Below, piece after piece: positions 45,197 through 54,832 of a stretch of DNA of 64,000 nt. Made by a program: the position numbers and the translations under genes. Under the pieces are notes generated by a model, which was not told where the DNA came from, did no database searches, and saw only the letters and a list, made by a program, of their open reading frames with translations. Position 1 is the first letter of the stretch. Every line of letters begins with the position of its first letter. Source of the DNA: an uncultured Clostridia bacterium (GTDB lineage: Bacteria; Bacillota; Clostridia; TANB77; CAG-508); assembly GCA_934167495.1 (NCBI GenBank), contig CAKPKP010000004.1, positions 48,148 to 112,147 of the forward strand, in the 5' to 3' direction.

Positions 45197-45643
45197 TTAT
45201 AAACTCTTTATAGCATTTCTTGCTAGCTCATCACATCTGTTATTAAATTGGTTATCACTATGCCCTTTTACTTTTATAAATTCTATTTTATGCATTTTAG
45301 TAAATCCATAAAGTTCTTCCCATAGTTCTTTATTTTTTACAGGTTCTTTACTAGCTGTTTTCCAGTTATTTTTCTTCCAATTATATATCCATCCTTGATT
45401 AAAAGCATTTACAACATATGCACTATCACTATACACTTGTACTTCACATTCATGTTTTAAAAGTTTTAATGCTTCTATTACAGCTGTAATTTCCATTATA
45501 TTGTTTGTTGTATTTGGATTACCACCTGAAATTTCTTTTTTATTTTCCTTATACATTAATATGCTTCCCCAACCACCTGGACCAGGGTTTCCGGAACATG
45601 CTCCATCAGTATAAATAATTACCTTTTCCATATATATCTCCAT
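45197..45643 (-). CDS. rnhA: Ribonuclease HI
   Basis: [17 protein letters not shown]...TNNIMEITA...DSAYV...[17 protein letters not shown]. The second ATG (45631), preceded by GGAG, is the likelier start. Confidence 0.9.
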   Translation of the reverse strand: MEIYMEKVIIYTDGACSGNPGPGGWGSILMYKENKKEISGGNPNTTNNIMEITAVIEALKLLKHECEVQVYSDSAYVVNAFNQGWIYNWKKNNWKTASKEPVKNKELWEELYGFTKMHKIEFIKVKGHSDNQFNNRCDELARNAIKSL

Positions 45644-45728
45644 TATATCTCTATAAATTGTATTTTTTTTTCATATGTGTTATATTATAACAAGAATTTA
45701 TAATTTTTACAATATTTATGGAGGTTTT

Positions 45729-46964
45729 ATGAATAAAGTTTTAGGTATAGTATCTGAATACAATCCATTTCATAATGGACATTTATTACATTTAGCACAA
45801 TCAAAAAAACTAACAAAATCAAACTATTCCGTATGCATTATGACTGGAAACTTCTCTCAACGTGGTGATACATCACTTGTAGATAAGTGGACAAAAGCGG
45901 AAATGGCAATAAAGAACGGTATAGACTTAGTAATCGAATTACCTACAATTTATTCTATTTCTAGTGCAGAAAATTTTGCAGATGGCGCTATTAAAATCTT
46001 AGAAAATTTAGGAATAATAAATTATCTTTCTTTTGGAAGTGAAATTGGAGATATAAATATACTAGACGAAATATCTGAAGTTCTTTATCAAGAACCAAAA
46101 GAATTTACAGATTTATTATCAATGGAATTAGATAGAGGAATATCATTTCCAAAAGCACGTGAAAATGCATTAAAACTTTTTCTAAACAACACTCGTAGAT
46201 ATTCTAATGTTTTATCAAATCCCAATAATATTTTAGGAATAGAATACCTTAAAGCCTTGAAAAAATACAACAGTAATATTATTCCAATCACCATAAAAAG
46301 AGACACTGTTGAATATAATAGTTTAAAACCATCTTCTGACGGAATTGCAAGTGCTACAGCTATCAGAAATCTTATACAAAGAAAAAGAAAATTTCATAGA
46401 ACTGTGCCTTTTGAAACTTATGAAATTCTTGAAGATAGAATTAAATATGGAAAAATAGTACCTGGACTTTATAAATTTGAAAAAGAAATTATATATTTAT
46501 TAAGAAAAATGTCTTTAGAAGAAATTGCAAAAATCCCTGATGTTTCCGAAGGACTTGAAAATAAAATTCAACTTGCAGCATACAATTGCAATAATTTAGA
46601 TGATTTAATTTTAAGCATAAAATCTAAAAGATATACAGAAACTAGAATCCGCAGAATACTGCTTTATGTTTTACTAGAAATAACTAAAAAAAATATGGAC
46701 ATATCAAAAAAAGTTATTCCTTACATAAGAGTTCTAGGATTTAATAGTGCAGGAAAACAATTATTATCTAATATAGCAGAAGCTAATCCTAGACTAAATA
46801 TTATTGTTTCTGTAAAAAGATTTATGGAAACAAATCCAGATAAAAATTTACTTTCTATGCTAGAAAAAGATATATTCGCAACAAATGTGTATACTCTTGG
46901 ATTTGAATATGAATCCAAAGCAAACTTAGACTACACAAAAAAAGTCATTGAAATAAAATCATAA
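45729..46964 (+). CDS. tmcAL: Nucleotidyltransferase of the YlbM/TmcAL (tRNA-Met cytidine acetate ligase) family
   Basis: MNKVLGIVSEYNPFHNGHLLHL N-terminus. GGAGG lies 5 nt upstream of ATG 45729; the track ORF starts further upstream at 45675. Confidence 0.75.
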   Translation: MNKVLGIVSEYNPFHNGHLLHLAQSKKLTKSNYSVCIMTGNFSQRGDTSLVDKWTKAEMAIKNGIDLVIELPTIYSISSAENFADGAIKILENLGIINYLSFGSEIGDINILDEISEVLYQEPKEFTDLLSMELDRGISFPKARENALKLFLNNTRRYSNVLSNPNNILGIEYLKALKKYNSNIIPITIKRDTVEYNSLKPSSDGIASATAIRNLIQRKRKFHRTVPFETYEILEDRIKYGKIVPGLYKFEKEIIYLLRKMSLEEIAKIPDVSEGLENKIQLAAYNCNNLDDLILSIKSKRYTETRIRRILLYVLLEITKKNMDISKKVIPYIRVLGFNSAGKQLLSNIAEANPRLNIIVSVKRFMETNPDKNLLSMLEKDIFATNVYTLGFEYESKANLDYTKKVIEIKS

Positions 46965-46969
46965 CTAAA

Positions 46970-47292
46970 GGTATATATTAATATTTTGCAGTTCGAGGAA
47001 GTTATACCTGCGTATGCTCATTCTTACAGCGCCATGTGAGACAAAAAATATTAATATATACCTTATTTTTAATCTAATATCCATGGTATATATTAATATT
47101 TTGCAGTTCGAAGAAGTTATACCTGCATATGTTCCTTCTTACAACGCCATGTGAGACAAAAAATATTAATATATACCTTATTTTCAATTTAATATCTATG
47201 GTATATATTAATATTTTGCAGTTTGAGGAAGTTGTACCAGCGTATGTTCATTCTTACAGCGCCATGTGAGACAAAAAATATTAATATATATC
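46970..47292 (+). repeat. Tandem array of three 115-bp units, each a 93-nt hairpin unit (18-bp arms plus 57-nt core) followed by a 22-nt spacer
   Basis: Units start at 46970, 47085 and 47200. The arms GGTATATATTAATATTTT / AAAATATTAATATATACC are identical in all copies, except that the last arm ends ...ATATATC. Confidence 0.9.
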
Positions 47293-47301
47293 TTTAGAAG
47301 T

Positions 47302-48219
47302 TTATTTTTTAATATTTTTTGCTATCTCACTAACCATATTAATATTTATTATAGGTATAGCCCCCTCATAAATAAGCCTATTAGTTCCCGTAGAATTAAC
47401 ACTATTAATATTTCCAGGCACAGCAAACACATCCTTACCTTGACTCAAAGCATACTCAACAGTTATAAAACTTCCACTATGCTCTTTAGCCTCAATCACA
47501 ATAATTCCTTCAGAAAGCCCACTTATAATCCTATTCCTCTCTGGAAAATTCTTAGCATCAGGAACTGAGCCAACTGGATATTCAGATATAATAAGCCCAT
47601 CTCTAGCAATTATATTTTCATATATCTTTTTATTTTCATATGGATAAACATAATCAACACCTGAGCCCAAAACAGCTATTGTACTATTACATTCTTCTAA
47701 AGCACCTAAATGAGCATATTTATCAATACCTCTCGCCATTCCACTAACAACTACAACTTTATTTTTTGATAATATATTAGCAACAACTTTAGCCGTATTT
47801 TTACCATAATCACTGCACAATCTACATCCTATTACAGCTATAGACTTTTGCTTTAATAACTCTACATTTCCAATTGCATACAATACAATTGGTGGAAAAT
47901 CTATCGCCTTCAAATTATCTGGATATTCTTCATCATCAATTGTAATTACTTTTATATTTTTACTCTTCATATATTCCATAACTTTATTTAAATTTGTTTT
48001 GTAACAATCATTTCTTAATTCATTAATACATTCATATTTAAAATTCTTTATTACATCTTTATGCAAATTCCAAATATTTTTTGGATTTCCATACATTTTT
48101 AATAATTCATGTTTAATTCTATTTTCTATTTTTAGCATAGAAAACCATATCCAATACTTTTTTTCTATAATAATTCCTCCTATAAATTTACTCTTTATAT
48201 TTTTATCATTAGTCATCAA
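47302..48219 (-). CDS. dprA: DNA-processing protein DprA
   Basis: Rossmann-like core VVSGMARGIDKYAHLGAL...IAVLGSGVD...FPERNRIISGLS. Confidence 0.9.
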   Translation of the reverse strand: MMTNDKNIKSKFIGGIIIEKKYWIWFSMLKIENRIKHELLKMYGNPKNIWNLHKDVIKNFKYECINELRNDCYKTNLNKVMEYMKSKNIKVITIDDEEYPDNLKAIDFPPIVLYAIGNVELLKQKSIAVIGCRLCSDYGKNTAKVVANILSKNKVVVVSGMARGIDKYAHLGALEECNSTIAVLGSGVDYVYPYENKKIYENIIARDGLIISEYPVGSVPDAKNFPERNRIISGLSEGIIVIEAKEHSGSFITVEYALSQGKDVFAVPGNINSVNSTGTNRLIYEGAIPIININMVSEIAKNIKK

Positions 48220-48254
48220 AATCTTTATCTACATATAATTTTGTTATTAAAACC

Positions 48255-48290
48255 AATAGTGGACTGATTAAATTCTTCTACATTTTAAAT
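48255..48290 (+). repeat. Dispersed intergenic repeat, partial copy (left half of module 1)
   Basis: AATAGTGGACTGATTAAATTCTTCTACATTTTAAAT aligns with 780-815. Confidence 0.6.
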
Positions 48291-48338
48291 AAAAAAAGAA
48301 GCATTATAAAAATGCCCCCATATCATATTTAATTTTAA

Positions 48339-49181
48339 TTATCTATTTTTTGCAGCCTTTACAACATTGCTCATTAACATTGCTATTGTCATTGGTCCAA
48401 CTCCACCAGGAACTGGTGTTATATAAGATGCCTTCTTTGAAACATTTTCAAAATCAACATCTCCACAAATTTTTCCATCCTCATTTCTATTAATTCCTAC
48501 ATCTATTATTACTACACCATCTTTAACCATATCTTCTTTCAAGAACTTAGCCTTTCCAATAGCAGCAACAATAATATCAGCTCTTTTAGTTATATTTTCA
48601 ATATTTTTAGTTTTAGAATGGCAAACTGTTACTGTAGCATTTTTATTTAATAAACATTGTATCATAGGTTTTCCTACTATATTACTTCTACCTAATATTA
48701 CAGCTTCTTTTCCTTCAATATCTATATTATATTCTTCAAGAATTTTTACAATTCCATGTGGTGTACAAGAAATAAAACAATCTTGTCCTAATACTAGCTT
48801 TCCAACATTAACTGGATTAAATCCATCTACATCTTTTTCAGGTGATATTGTTCTAAAAGCTTCATTAATATCTAAATTATGTGGTATAGGACTTTGAAGT
48901 AAAATTCCATGTACATCTTTTTTATTATTTAAAGTTTCGATTAAATTTAATAATTCTTCTTGTGTTATGTCATTACTTAATAAATATTCTTCATATTCTA
49001 TTCCAATTTCTTCACACGCTTTTGATTTATTCCTTACATATATTTTTGATGCTGGATCTTCTCCAACCATTATTACTGCAAGTTTTGGTAATATACCATG
49101 ACTTTTCAATTCGGTTACTTCATCTTTTAATTGTAATCTTATCTTTTGAGCCAATCCTTTTCCATCTAATATATTTTCCAT
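48339..49181 (-). CDS. folD: Bifunctional methylenetetrahydrofolate dehydrogenase/cyclohydrolase
   Basis: VGEDPASKIYVRNK, GRSNIVGKPM, PGGVGPMT. Confidence 0.94.
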   Translation of the reverse strand: MENILDGKGLAQKIRLQLKDEVTELKSHGILPKLAVIMVGEDPASKIYVRNKSKACEEIGIEYEEYLLSNDITQEELLNLIETLNNKKDVHGILLQSPIPHNLDINEAFRTISPEKDVDGFNPVNVGKLVLGQDCFISCTPHGIVKILEEYNIDIEGKEAVILGRSNIVGKPMIQCLLNKNATVTVCHSKTKNIENITKRADIIVAAIGKAKFLKEDMVKDGVVIIDVGINRNEDGKICGDVDFENVSKKASYITPVPGGVGPMTIAMLMSNVVKAAKNR

Positions 49182-49191
49182 ATACTACTCC

Positions 49192-50301
49192 TTATTTTTT
49201 ATTTATTACTACAAGTGCTAATATAGTAGATACAAGCACTACGAAATATATGTATGTTGCAATATTATTTCCTACTTCTGGTAACACTCCTACTGATTTT
49301 GCTATTTTTTGATATTCCTTCTCTTCATTTGTTTTATTATCTTCTTCTGTTGTAGGAGCTGGTGTTTCTGATGGTTCTGGTGTATTTTCTGGTTTTTCAG
49401 TTGTTAAAAAACTAGAAGATACATATGCTGTTTCACCATTAAATTTTACTCTACTCCAGCCATTGCTTCCTACACCTGTTCTTGTTAACTCCGCATTTTC
49501 TTCTAATAATGCCAAAGATTCACTACTTGTAGTGTAACTAGCTCTAACATTTACTTTGGATTTTACATATACAGTTTCATCCACATCTGTAAACGTTGGT
49601 TCTTCCTCTTCTATTTTTTCTTTTGTTAAATAAGATGATGATATATATGCTGTTTTTCCATCGTAATTTACTCTGCTCCAACCATTACTTCCTACACCTG
49701 TTCTTGTTAACTCAGTTCCTATATCTAATAATCCATATGATTTACTACTTGTTGTATAACTTGCTCTAACATTCACTCTAGATTTTACATATACTGTTTC
49801 ATTTACATCTGTAAATGTTGGCTCTTCTTGAGTTGGTTCTGGTGTAGGATTATTTGGTTCTGGATCTGGCTCAGGTTCTGGTTCAGGAGTTGAATTACTT
49901 TGTATTTGAACACTCTTAGATAAAACAGAGTTTGAATTCATCTTATTACCTTTTTCGTCTGAAATAGTTAAATTTGTAACTTTAATTGTTGCTGTTCCAA
50001 TTGTCTTGGCTGAAAAGCTTAAAGTTGCATCATCTACTTGATGAAATTCTTCTTCTAAACTAGTTGTACTTACTTTTGTTATTTTTGTAGTGTCTGTAGT
50101 TCCATCACTATATGTTATAGTAACACTTCCTGAATATGCTACTGCACCAGTTGGCATTGCTATTCTTATATTTATATTTTCTCCAACAATTACACTATCA
50201 CTTGCAACTATAGATGCTTCTGCTGCATAACTTTTTTGTATTGGTAATATTATAAATGCTATTATTAATATTATAAAAATCTTTAGATTTATTTTTTTCA
50301 T
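49192..50301 (-). CDS. Cell-wall-anchored surface protein: signal peptide, Ig-like domain, Pro/Glu linker, two SH3b-like repeats, LPEVG sorting signal
   Basis: C-terminal LPEVG plus a hydrophobic helix plus an INKK tail. An approximately 74-aa unit (EEPTFTDV.ETVYVKS.VNVRASYTTSS...GWSRV...TAY.SSS.L) is present twice. Confidence 0.8.
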   Translation of the reverse strand: MKKINLKIFIILIIAFIILPIQKSYAAEASIVASDSVIVGENINIRIAMPTGAVAYSGSVTITYSDGTTDTTKITKVSTTSLEEEFHQVDDATLSFSAKTIGTATIKVTNLTISDEKGNKMNSNSVLSKSVQIQSNSTPEPEPEPDPEPNNPTPEPTQEEPTFTDVNETVYVKSRVNVRASYTTSSKSYGLLDIGTELTRTGVGSNGWSRVNYDGKTAYISSSYLTKEKIEEEEPTFTDVDETVYVKSKVNVRASYTTSSESLALLEENAELTRTGVGSNGWSRVKFNGETAYVSSSFLTTEKPENTPEPSETPAPTTEEDNKTNEEKEYQKIAKSVGVLPEVGNNIATYIYFVVLVSTILALVVINKK

Positions 50302-50337
50302 TTATACTAACCTCCAGTTTACTATTCTTCTGTATTT

Positions 50338-51045
50338 CTATTCAGCTTTGTTTTCTGTTGTAACTTTATTTTCTGTAGTTGTTACATTTACTGTTGTATT
50401 ATTAGTTGTATTCTCAGTTTTTTCAGTGGTTTCTTTTGCTTTTACTACTAATCTTGTTTGAGCACCTTGCTCACATGTTATTAAAGTTACTTCTTTTTCT
50501 TTTTGATTTGGCATTAAACATTTTAAATCATCTGGTTGTACTGGATATTTATCATATACTTTATATGTTACTTTCTTTCCTGTTGTATCTTCTATATAAA
50601 ATGTATCATCTTTTTCTAAAGCATTCAAATCTAAAAATTTTTCTGCGTAGTTATGTCCTGCTATACAGAAATTTCCTGTTGTGTTTATTGTTGGTCCATA
50701 CAATTTAGTAAGTCCTAATTTTAATGCTTCCTCATTTGTATTTTCTAATATATATTGTTCTACTTCTATTTTTTTAATTACAAGTTTTCCTAGAACTTTA
50801 TAATTACCTACTTTAGTTACCATATTTGAATTTTCGTCTTTACCCTCTTCTTGACTTACAGGTGCATTGGTATTTTGGTTATTTTTAATTTGTTTTGTTA
50901 TTAATACAGCAAACACTGCAACTACTATAACTGTAATTATAGCTAATATTATAATTACAGCTTTTGGTATATCTTTTGTTTTTTCTTCTGAAAAACTTAT
51001 ATCAATTTCTTTATCTCCCATTGAAGAATGTTTTCCTCTGCTCAT
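50338..51045 (-). CDS. Sortase-family transpeptidase
   Basis: N-terminal TM anchor, catalytic His region (CIAGHNY), TLITC active-site motif. Confidence 0.85.
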   Translation of the reverse strand: MSRGKHSSMGDKEIDISFSEEKTKDIPKAVIIILAIITVIVVAVFAVLITKQIKNNQNTNAPVSQEEGKDENSNMVTKVGNYKVLGKLVIKKIEVEQYILENTNEEALKLGLTKLYGPTINTTGNFCIAGHNYAEKFLDLNALEKDDTFYIEDTTGKKVTYKVYDKYPVQPDDLKCLMPNQKEKEVTLITCEQGAQTRLVVKAKETTEKTENTTNNTTVNVTTTENKVTTENKAE

Positions 51046-51134
51046 ATTAGAAACCTCCTACATTTTTTCTTTTTTCTTATGAATTTCTCATTTTACACAT
51101 TTGCATTATATTTTATACTAGTAAAAAAGTCAAT

Positions 51135-51172
51135 ATTATATTATAGGAAGTTTGAAGAACTTTTATATAATA
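51135..51172 (+). repeat. Dispersed intergenic repeat, module 3 copy
   Basis: TATTATAGGAAGTTTGAAGAACTTTTATATAAT resembles 60885-60922 and 19488-19515. Confidence 0.5.
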
Positions 51173-51263
51173 TTAATAGAAGTAGTACATGGAAGTACTA
51201 CTTCTACTTTGATGTATATAATAAAAATTTACATACTATCTTATACTATTCACTTCGTGTTTT

Positions 51264-51291
51264 GTATCAAAACTCTCCGTTCCCATTGATA
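51264..51291 (+). repeat. Solo half-copy of the 57.9-kb palindrome arm
   Basis: GTATCAAAACTCTCCGTTCCCATTGATA versus GTGTCAAAAATCTCCGTCCCCATTGACA. Confidence 0.55.
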
Positions 51292-51295
51292 TATT

Positions 51296-52108
51296 TTATT
51301 TAATAATTATAGCTGCTATTATTATTAAACCAAATATTATTCTATATATTGAAAATATTTTAAAACTACCTTTTTTCAAATATTCAAGCAAGAATTTTAT
51401 TACTAATATTCCTACCACAAAACTCACAACAATTCCTAAAATAAAAGCAATTATTCCTGTTGTATCAGCAGTTGTTAAAAATCCTATGAAATCTTTTAAA
51501 TCAAATATTGTAGCTCCAAGTACAATTGGGGCTGATAACATAAATGAATATTTTGCAGTTGCTTCTCTTGTAACACCTAAAGTTCTACCAACTGTCATAG
51601 TTATACCAGAACGAGATACTCCTGGTATAAAAGCTAATACTTGTGATGCACCTATTAAAAATGTTTGTTTTAATGTTAAATTTTCGTATGTTGTTGTAGA
51701 TTTGCATTTCTTATCTACTATATATAAAATAACACCCATTATCATTAAACATATAGCTACTATAAGTGGAGTTTTTAAATATGTATCTATTATATCTTTA
51801 AATAATAGTGCTCCTATTACGCCTGGCATAGTTGCTAAAATTAAATATATTAACATATTTCCTTCAAAATTTTTTTCTTTCTTTACTACTAATTTGTATC
51901 CACCTTGTAAAAGTGCAATCCAATCTTTAAAGAAAAATATTCCTATTGCTAATAATGTTCCAAAATGTAATGCTACATCAAAACTATCTGGGATATTTGA
52001 CCAATTAAACATCCATGGAATTATAAATAAATGTGCTGAACTTGATACTGGTAATAATTCTGTTAACCCTTGTATTATTCCTAATATTATTGCTTGATAA
52101 ATTTGCAT
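51296..52108 (-). CDS. uppP: Undecaprenyl-diphosphate phosphatase
   Basis: LLPVSSSAHL motif, PGVSRSGITM motif, 270 aa, 8 TM helices. Confidence 0.93.
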   Translation of the reverse strand: MQIYQAIILGIIQGLTELLPVSSSAHLFIIPWMFNWSNIPDSFDVALHFGTLLAIGIFFFKDWIALLQGGYKLVVKKEKNFEGNMLIYLILATMPGVIGALLFKDIIDTYLKTPLIVAICLMIMGVILYIVDKKCKSTTTYENLTLKQTFLIGASQVLAFIPGVSRSGITMTVGRTLGVTREATAKYSFMLSAPIVLGATIFDLKDFIGFLTTADTTGIIAFILGIVVSFVVGILVIKFLLEYLKKGSFKIFSIYRIIFGLIIIAAIIIK

Positions 52109-52136
52109 TTTAATCCTTCTTTCTTTTATTTATATT

Positions 52137-53003
52137 TTAATTTGCTAACTCTAATATTATATTGTCTAATGTTTCTTTTATAAATTCTGCTGATGTCACT
52201 GGTGCTACTTTTCCTGGTAATGATAGTGCCCAAATAGATTTTATATTCTTATCTTTTGCAGCTTTAATATCTACTCCACCTGGATAAGATGCTAAATCTA
52301 TTATTAAACAATCTTTTTTCAACAAGTTTATTCTTGTATTATCTAATACAATTGATGGTATTGTATTCATTATTATGTCAAATTTTCCTATCACTTTGTT
52401 CAAATTTTTTATGTGTACAGGATTATATCCATAAGCTGTTATCCATGCTATATCTTCATTTTTTCTAGCTTCACAATATACATTTGCGCCTATACCAGCT
52501 AATGTTTTAGCAAGTATTTTTCCTACTCTTCCAAATCCCATAACTAGCACATTGCTTCCATGTAATGTTTTTAAAGTTTCTTGCATAGCAATTTGAATTG
52601 CACCTTCTGCAGTTGCAATAGTATTTAATACAACTAATTCTTCTCTACTTAATAAATCTGTATATTGTATACTCTTTTCCTCTAATTTTCTTCTTACTGG
52701 TTCTATAATATTTCCTGCTATAAATCTTTTTCCATTTAAATTTTCTAATAATTCATTTAAATCTATTTTTTTATCACTAAATGGTGTACTTACATTTGTT
52801 CTATCACTAGTTAATGGCATTGGTCCTAAAACTATTACAGCTTCTTTTATTGCATCTGTTAAAGAATCACAAAAAAATACATTTTCTTTTTTTTCCATTT
52901 TCTCTAAACCATACGTATACACCTTATATCCATCTTGAATCAATATGTCTATCAGCTTTACTATTCTTAAATCTCCACCTATTATAGAAATTACTTTATC
53001 CAT
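52137..53003 (-). CDS. dpaA: Dipicolinate synthase subunit A-like (DpaA/SpoVFA) NAD-binding protein
   Basis: N-terminal IIGGDLRIVKLIDIL, central VMGFGRVGK Rossmann motif, 288 aa. No dpaB partner is seen nearby. Confidence 0.65.
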   Translation of the reverse strand: MDKVISIIGGDLRIVKLIDILIQDGYKVYTYGLEKMEKKENVFFCDSLTDAIKEAVIVLGPMPLTSDRTNVSTPFSDKKIDLNELLENLNGKRFIAGNIIEPVRRKLEEKSIQYTDLLSREELVVLNTIATAEGAIQIAMQETLKTLHGSNVLVMGFGRVGKILAKTLAGIGANVYCEARKNEDIAWITAYGYNPVHIKNLNKVIGKFDIIMNTIPSIVLDNTRINLLKKDCLIIDLASYPGGVDIKAAKDKNIKSIWALSLPGKVAPVTSAEFIKETLDNIILELAN

Positions 53004-53048
53004 AAAACCTCCTTTTATATATTCTATATAACTTTTAATTATATAAAA

Positions 53049-54293
53049 TTAGTTAGACCCTAATTCTTTTTGGTTCTCTGTTGTCTCAGATTTTTTTAGT
53101 AATTCTTTACTAAAAATTTCGTCAACTTTATCATTAACTTTTTTTCTTTCTGTATTTTCATTAATATTTTCTATTAAACTATTAGTTTCCTCTAAATGCT
53201 TTTGTACACTTAACTCCTCTTCTGTTAATTTTTCTTCTTTTTCAGGAGTTTCATCTAATTTTACAGAAACAGTAAAATATTGCTTAATAGGTTCAAATAT
53301 TTTTTCTTTTACTGCTTTTTTTAATAATTCTGGCTCTAATTCTATTGCTTTATTTATAAAAGTTATTGCTTTATCTTTTTGATTTTTAATTATATATATT
53401 CTAGCTAATTGATAATATGACTTTCCTTCTAACTCATCATACAAACTTTCTGTAAAATATTTTTCTGCTAATTCTAAATCTTTTTGAATTAAAGCAATTT
53501 GACCTAAACTATAATATGCATTATATAGTCTATGGTTAATATCTGCTGCTTTCTCATAACACTCTTTTGCACTTTGGAAATCATTTAATCTAGTATAAGC
53601 TATTCCTAAACTGTAATATAATTCAAAATCATCAGGTTTGTATTTTAAGGCTTCTGTATATACGCTTACAGCTTCTTTAAATCTTTCTTGACTACACAAT
53701 AAATCTCCTAATAAATTAGATGCCTCATAATAATCTGGTTTATTTTTTATTAATGTGTTTAGCATTTCTATTGCTTCATCTTTTTTTCCTAAATCATTTA
53801 ACAATTCTGCTATTTTATAATAAGAATCATAATCTTTTTTATTTATATCTATAGCTGAAACATATTCATCTATTGCTCGTCTCATTCCGCCTTCTTTTTC
53901 ATATATCTTTGCAAGTAATTTGTGTCCAAAATAACTTTCTCCTGGATATTTTGTAACTAAATTTACTAAAATTTCTTTTGCGAGTTTATTATTTCCTAAA
54001 AAGATTAAGACATGTGCAAATCCAATACTTATAATTTCAGAAAAATTAATTCCTTTTACTTCCATTATTATAACAATTATTGGAATTATAACTGCTAATA
54101 CATATTCTATTATCTCTAAAACCACAGAACCATATAAATTGCCAATTATTTCAATAAAATTTATTCCTATCCCTATAGCTTCAGCAATTAATATTGACAC
54201 ATATGTTGTATCGTTTTTCTTTATCATTTTAAAAAATATAATTACAAATAGTGCTACCGCTAATAAATTAAATAATATTTTTGAAACTAACAT
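53049..54293 (-). CDS. Membrane-anchored tetratricopeptide-repeat protein
   Basis: Three or four N-terminal TM helices, then repeated 34-aa TPR-like units (A..Y...L...P....A...LG). Confidence 0.75.
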   Translation of the reverse strand: MLVSKILFNLLAVALFVIIFFKMIKKNDTTYVSILIAEAIGIGINFIEIIGNLYGSVVLEIIEYVLAVIIPIIVIIMEVKGINFSEIISIGFAHVLIFLGNNKLAKEILVNLVTKYPGESYFGHKLLAKIYEKEGGMRRAIDEYVSAIDINKKDYDSYYKIAELLNDLGKKDEAIEMLNTLIKNKPDYYEASNLLGDLLCSQERFKEAVSVYTEALKYKPDDFELYYSLGIAYTRLNDFQSAKECYEKAADINHRLYNAYYSLGQIALIQKDLELAEKYFTESLYDELEGKSYYQLARIYIIKNQKDKAITFINKAIELEPELLKKAVKEKIFEPIKQYFTVSVKLDETPEKEEKLTEEELSVQKHLEETNSLIENINENTERKKVNDKVDEIFSKELLKKSETTENQKELGSN

Positions 54294-54405
54294 TTTTTAC
54301 ATCCTTTTATTATAATTTTTTCGATTATATCATACAAAATATACAATTACAATAAGTTACTTAAGCAATTTTTTCCACTATTTAAGTCAATTTTTATAGT
54401 AATTA

Positions 54406-54693
54406 TTAATGTATAACATATTTAAATATTACATACATTCCTAAAATTATTTCAGAAATTAATATTACTGGAAAACCAATTACAAATCTAAGTTTTTTGG
54501 TTTTATGCCTGAATGTATACATTCCAGCAATCGTCCCTATTCCCCCTCCTAGAAGTGTAATTGTAAAAAGTGTTTGCTCTGGAATTCTATATCTTCCTTT
54601 TATAGCTTTTCTTTTATCCCAAAACATTATAAAAAATCCTATTATATTAATTGCAATTAAATAATAAATAAAATACATTATATATTTTTCCAT
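54406..54693 (-). CDS. DUF1294-family small membrane protein
   Basis: FWDKRKAIKGRYRIPEQTLF...GGGIGTIAGMYTFRHKTKK. Confidence 0.8.
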   Translation of the reverse strand: MEKYIMYFIYYLIAINIIGFFIMFWDKRKAIKGRYRIPEQTLFTITLLGGGIGTIAGMYTFRHKTKKLRFVIGFPVILISEIILGMYVIFKYVIH

Positions 54694-54832
54694 AAATTCC
54701 TCTTTGTTCTCTTAATTTCATCAATTAATTTTATATTTAAAAGTATATCTTTGTCAATATAAAAGATATAAATTCTATTGACTTTTGACATAATCCTATA
54801 TAATATATATATGTTTAAATAGGAGGTATCTT

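Noticed and set aside
47083-47154. A 23-aa peptide ORF (MVYINILQFEEVIPAYVPSYNAM) repeated in the tandem units
   Set aside because: It has no Shine-Dalgarno sequence in an organism where real genes have strong GGAGG-type sites. Copy 1 has AAG instead of ATG. The synonymous-substitution bias rests on only 8 sites. I kept it as a hypothesis in the finding but did not call it as a CDS.
46970-47292. Possible CRISPR array, because of the regularly spaced repeats
   Set aside because: The repeat units are 93 nt long hairpins. The 22-nt spacers are homologous to each other. There are only 3 units and no cas genes. This is a tandem duplication, not a CRISPR array.
47266-47568. 100-aa plus-strand ORF spanning the last tandem repeat and the dprA 3' end
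   Set aside because: It is antisense to dprA and starts inside the repeat arm. It has no RBS.
51486-52097. 203-aa plus-strand ORF
   Set aside because: It is entirely antisense to uppP, which has unmistakable family motifs. It has no RBS.
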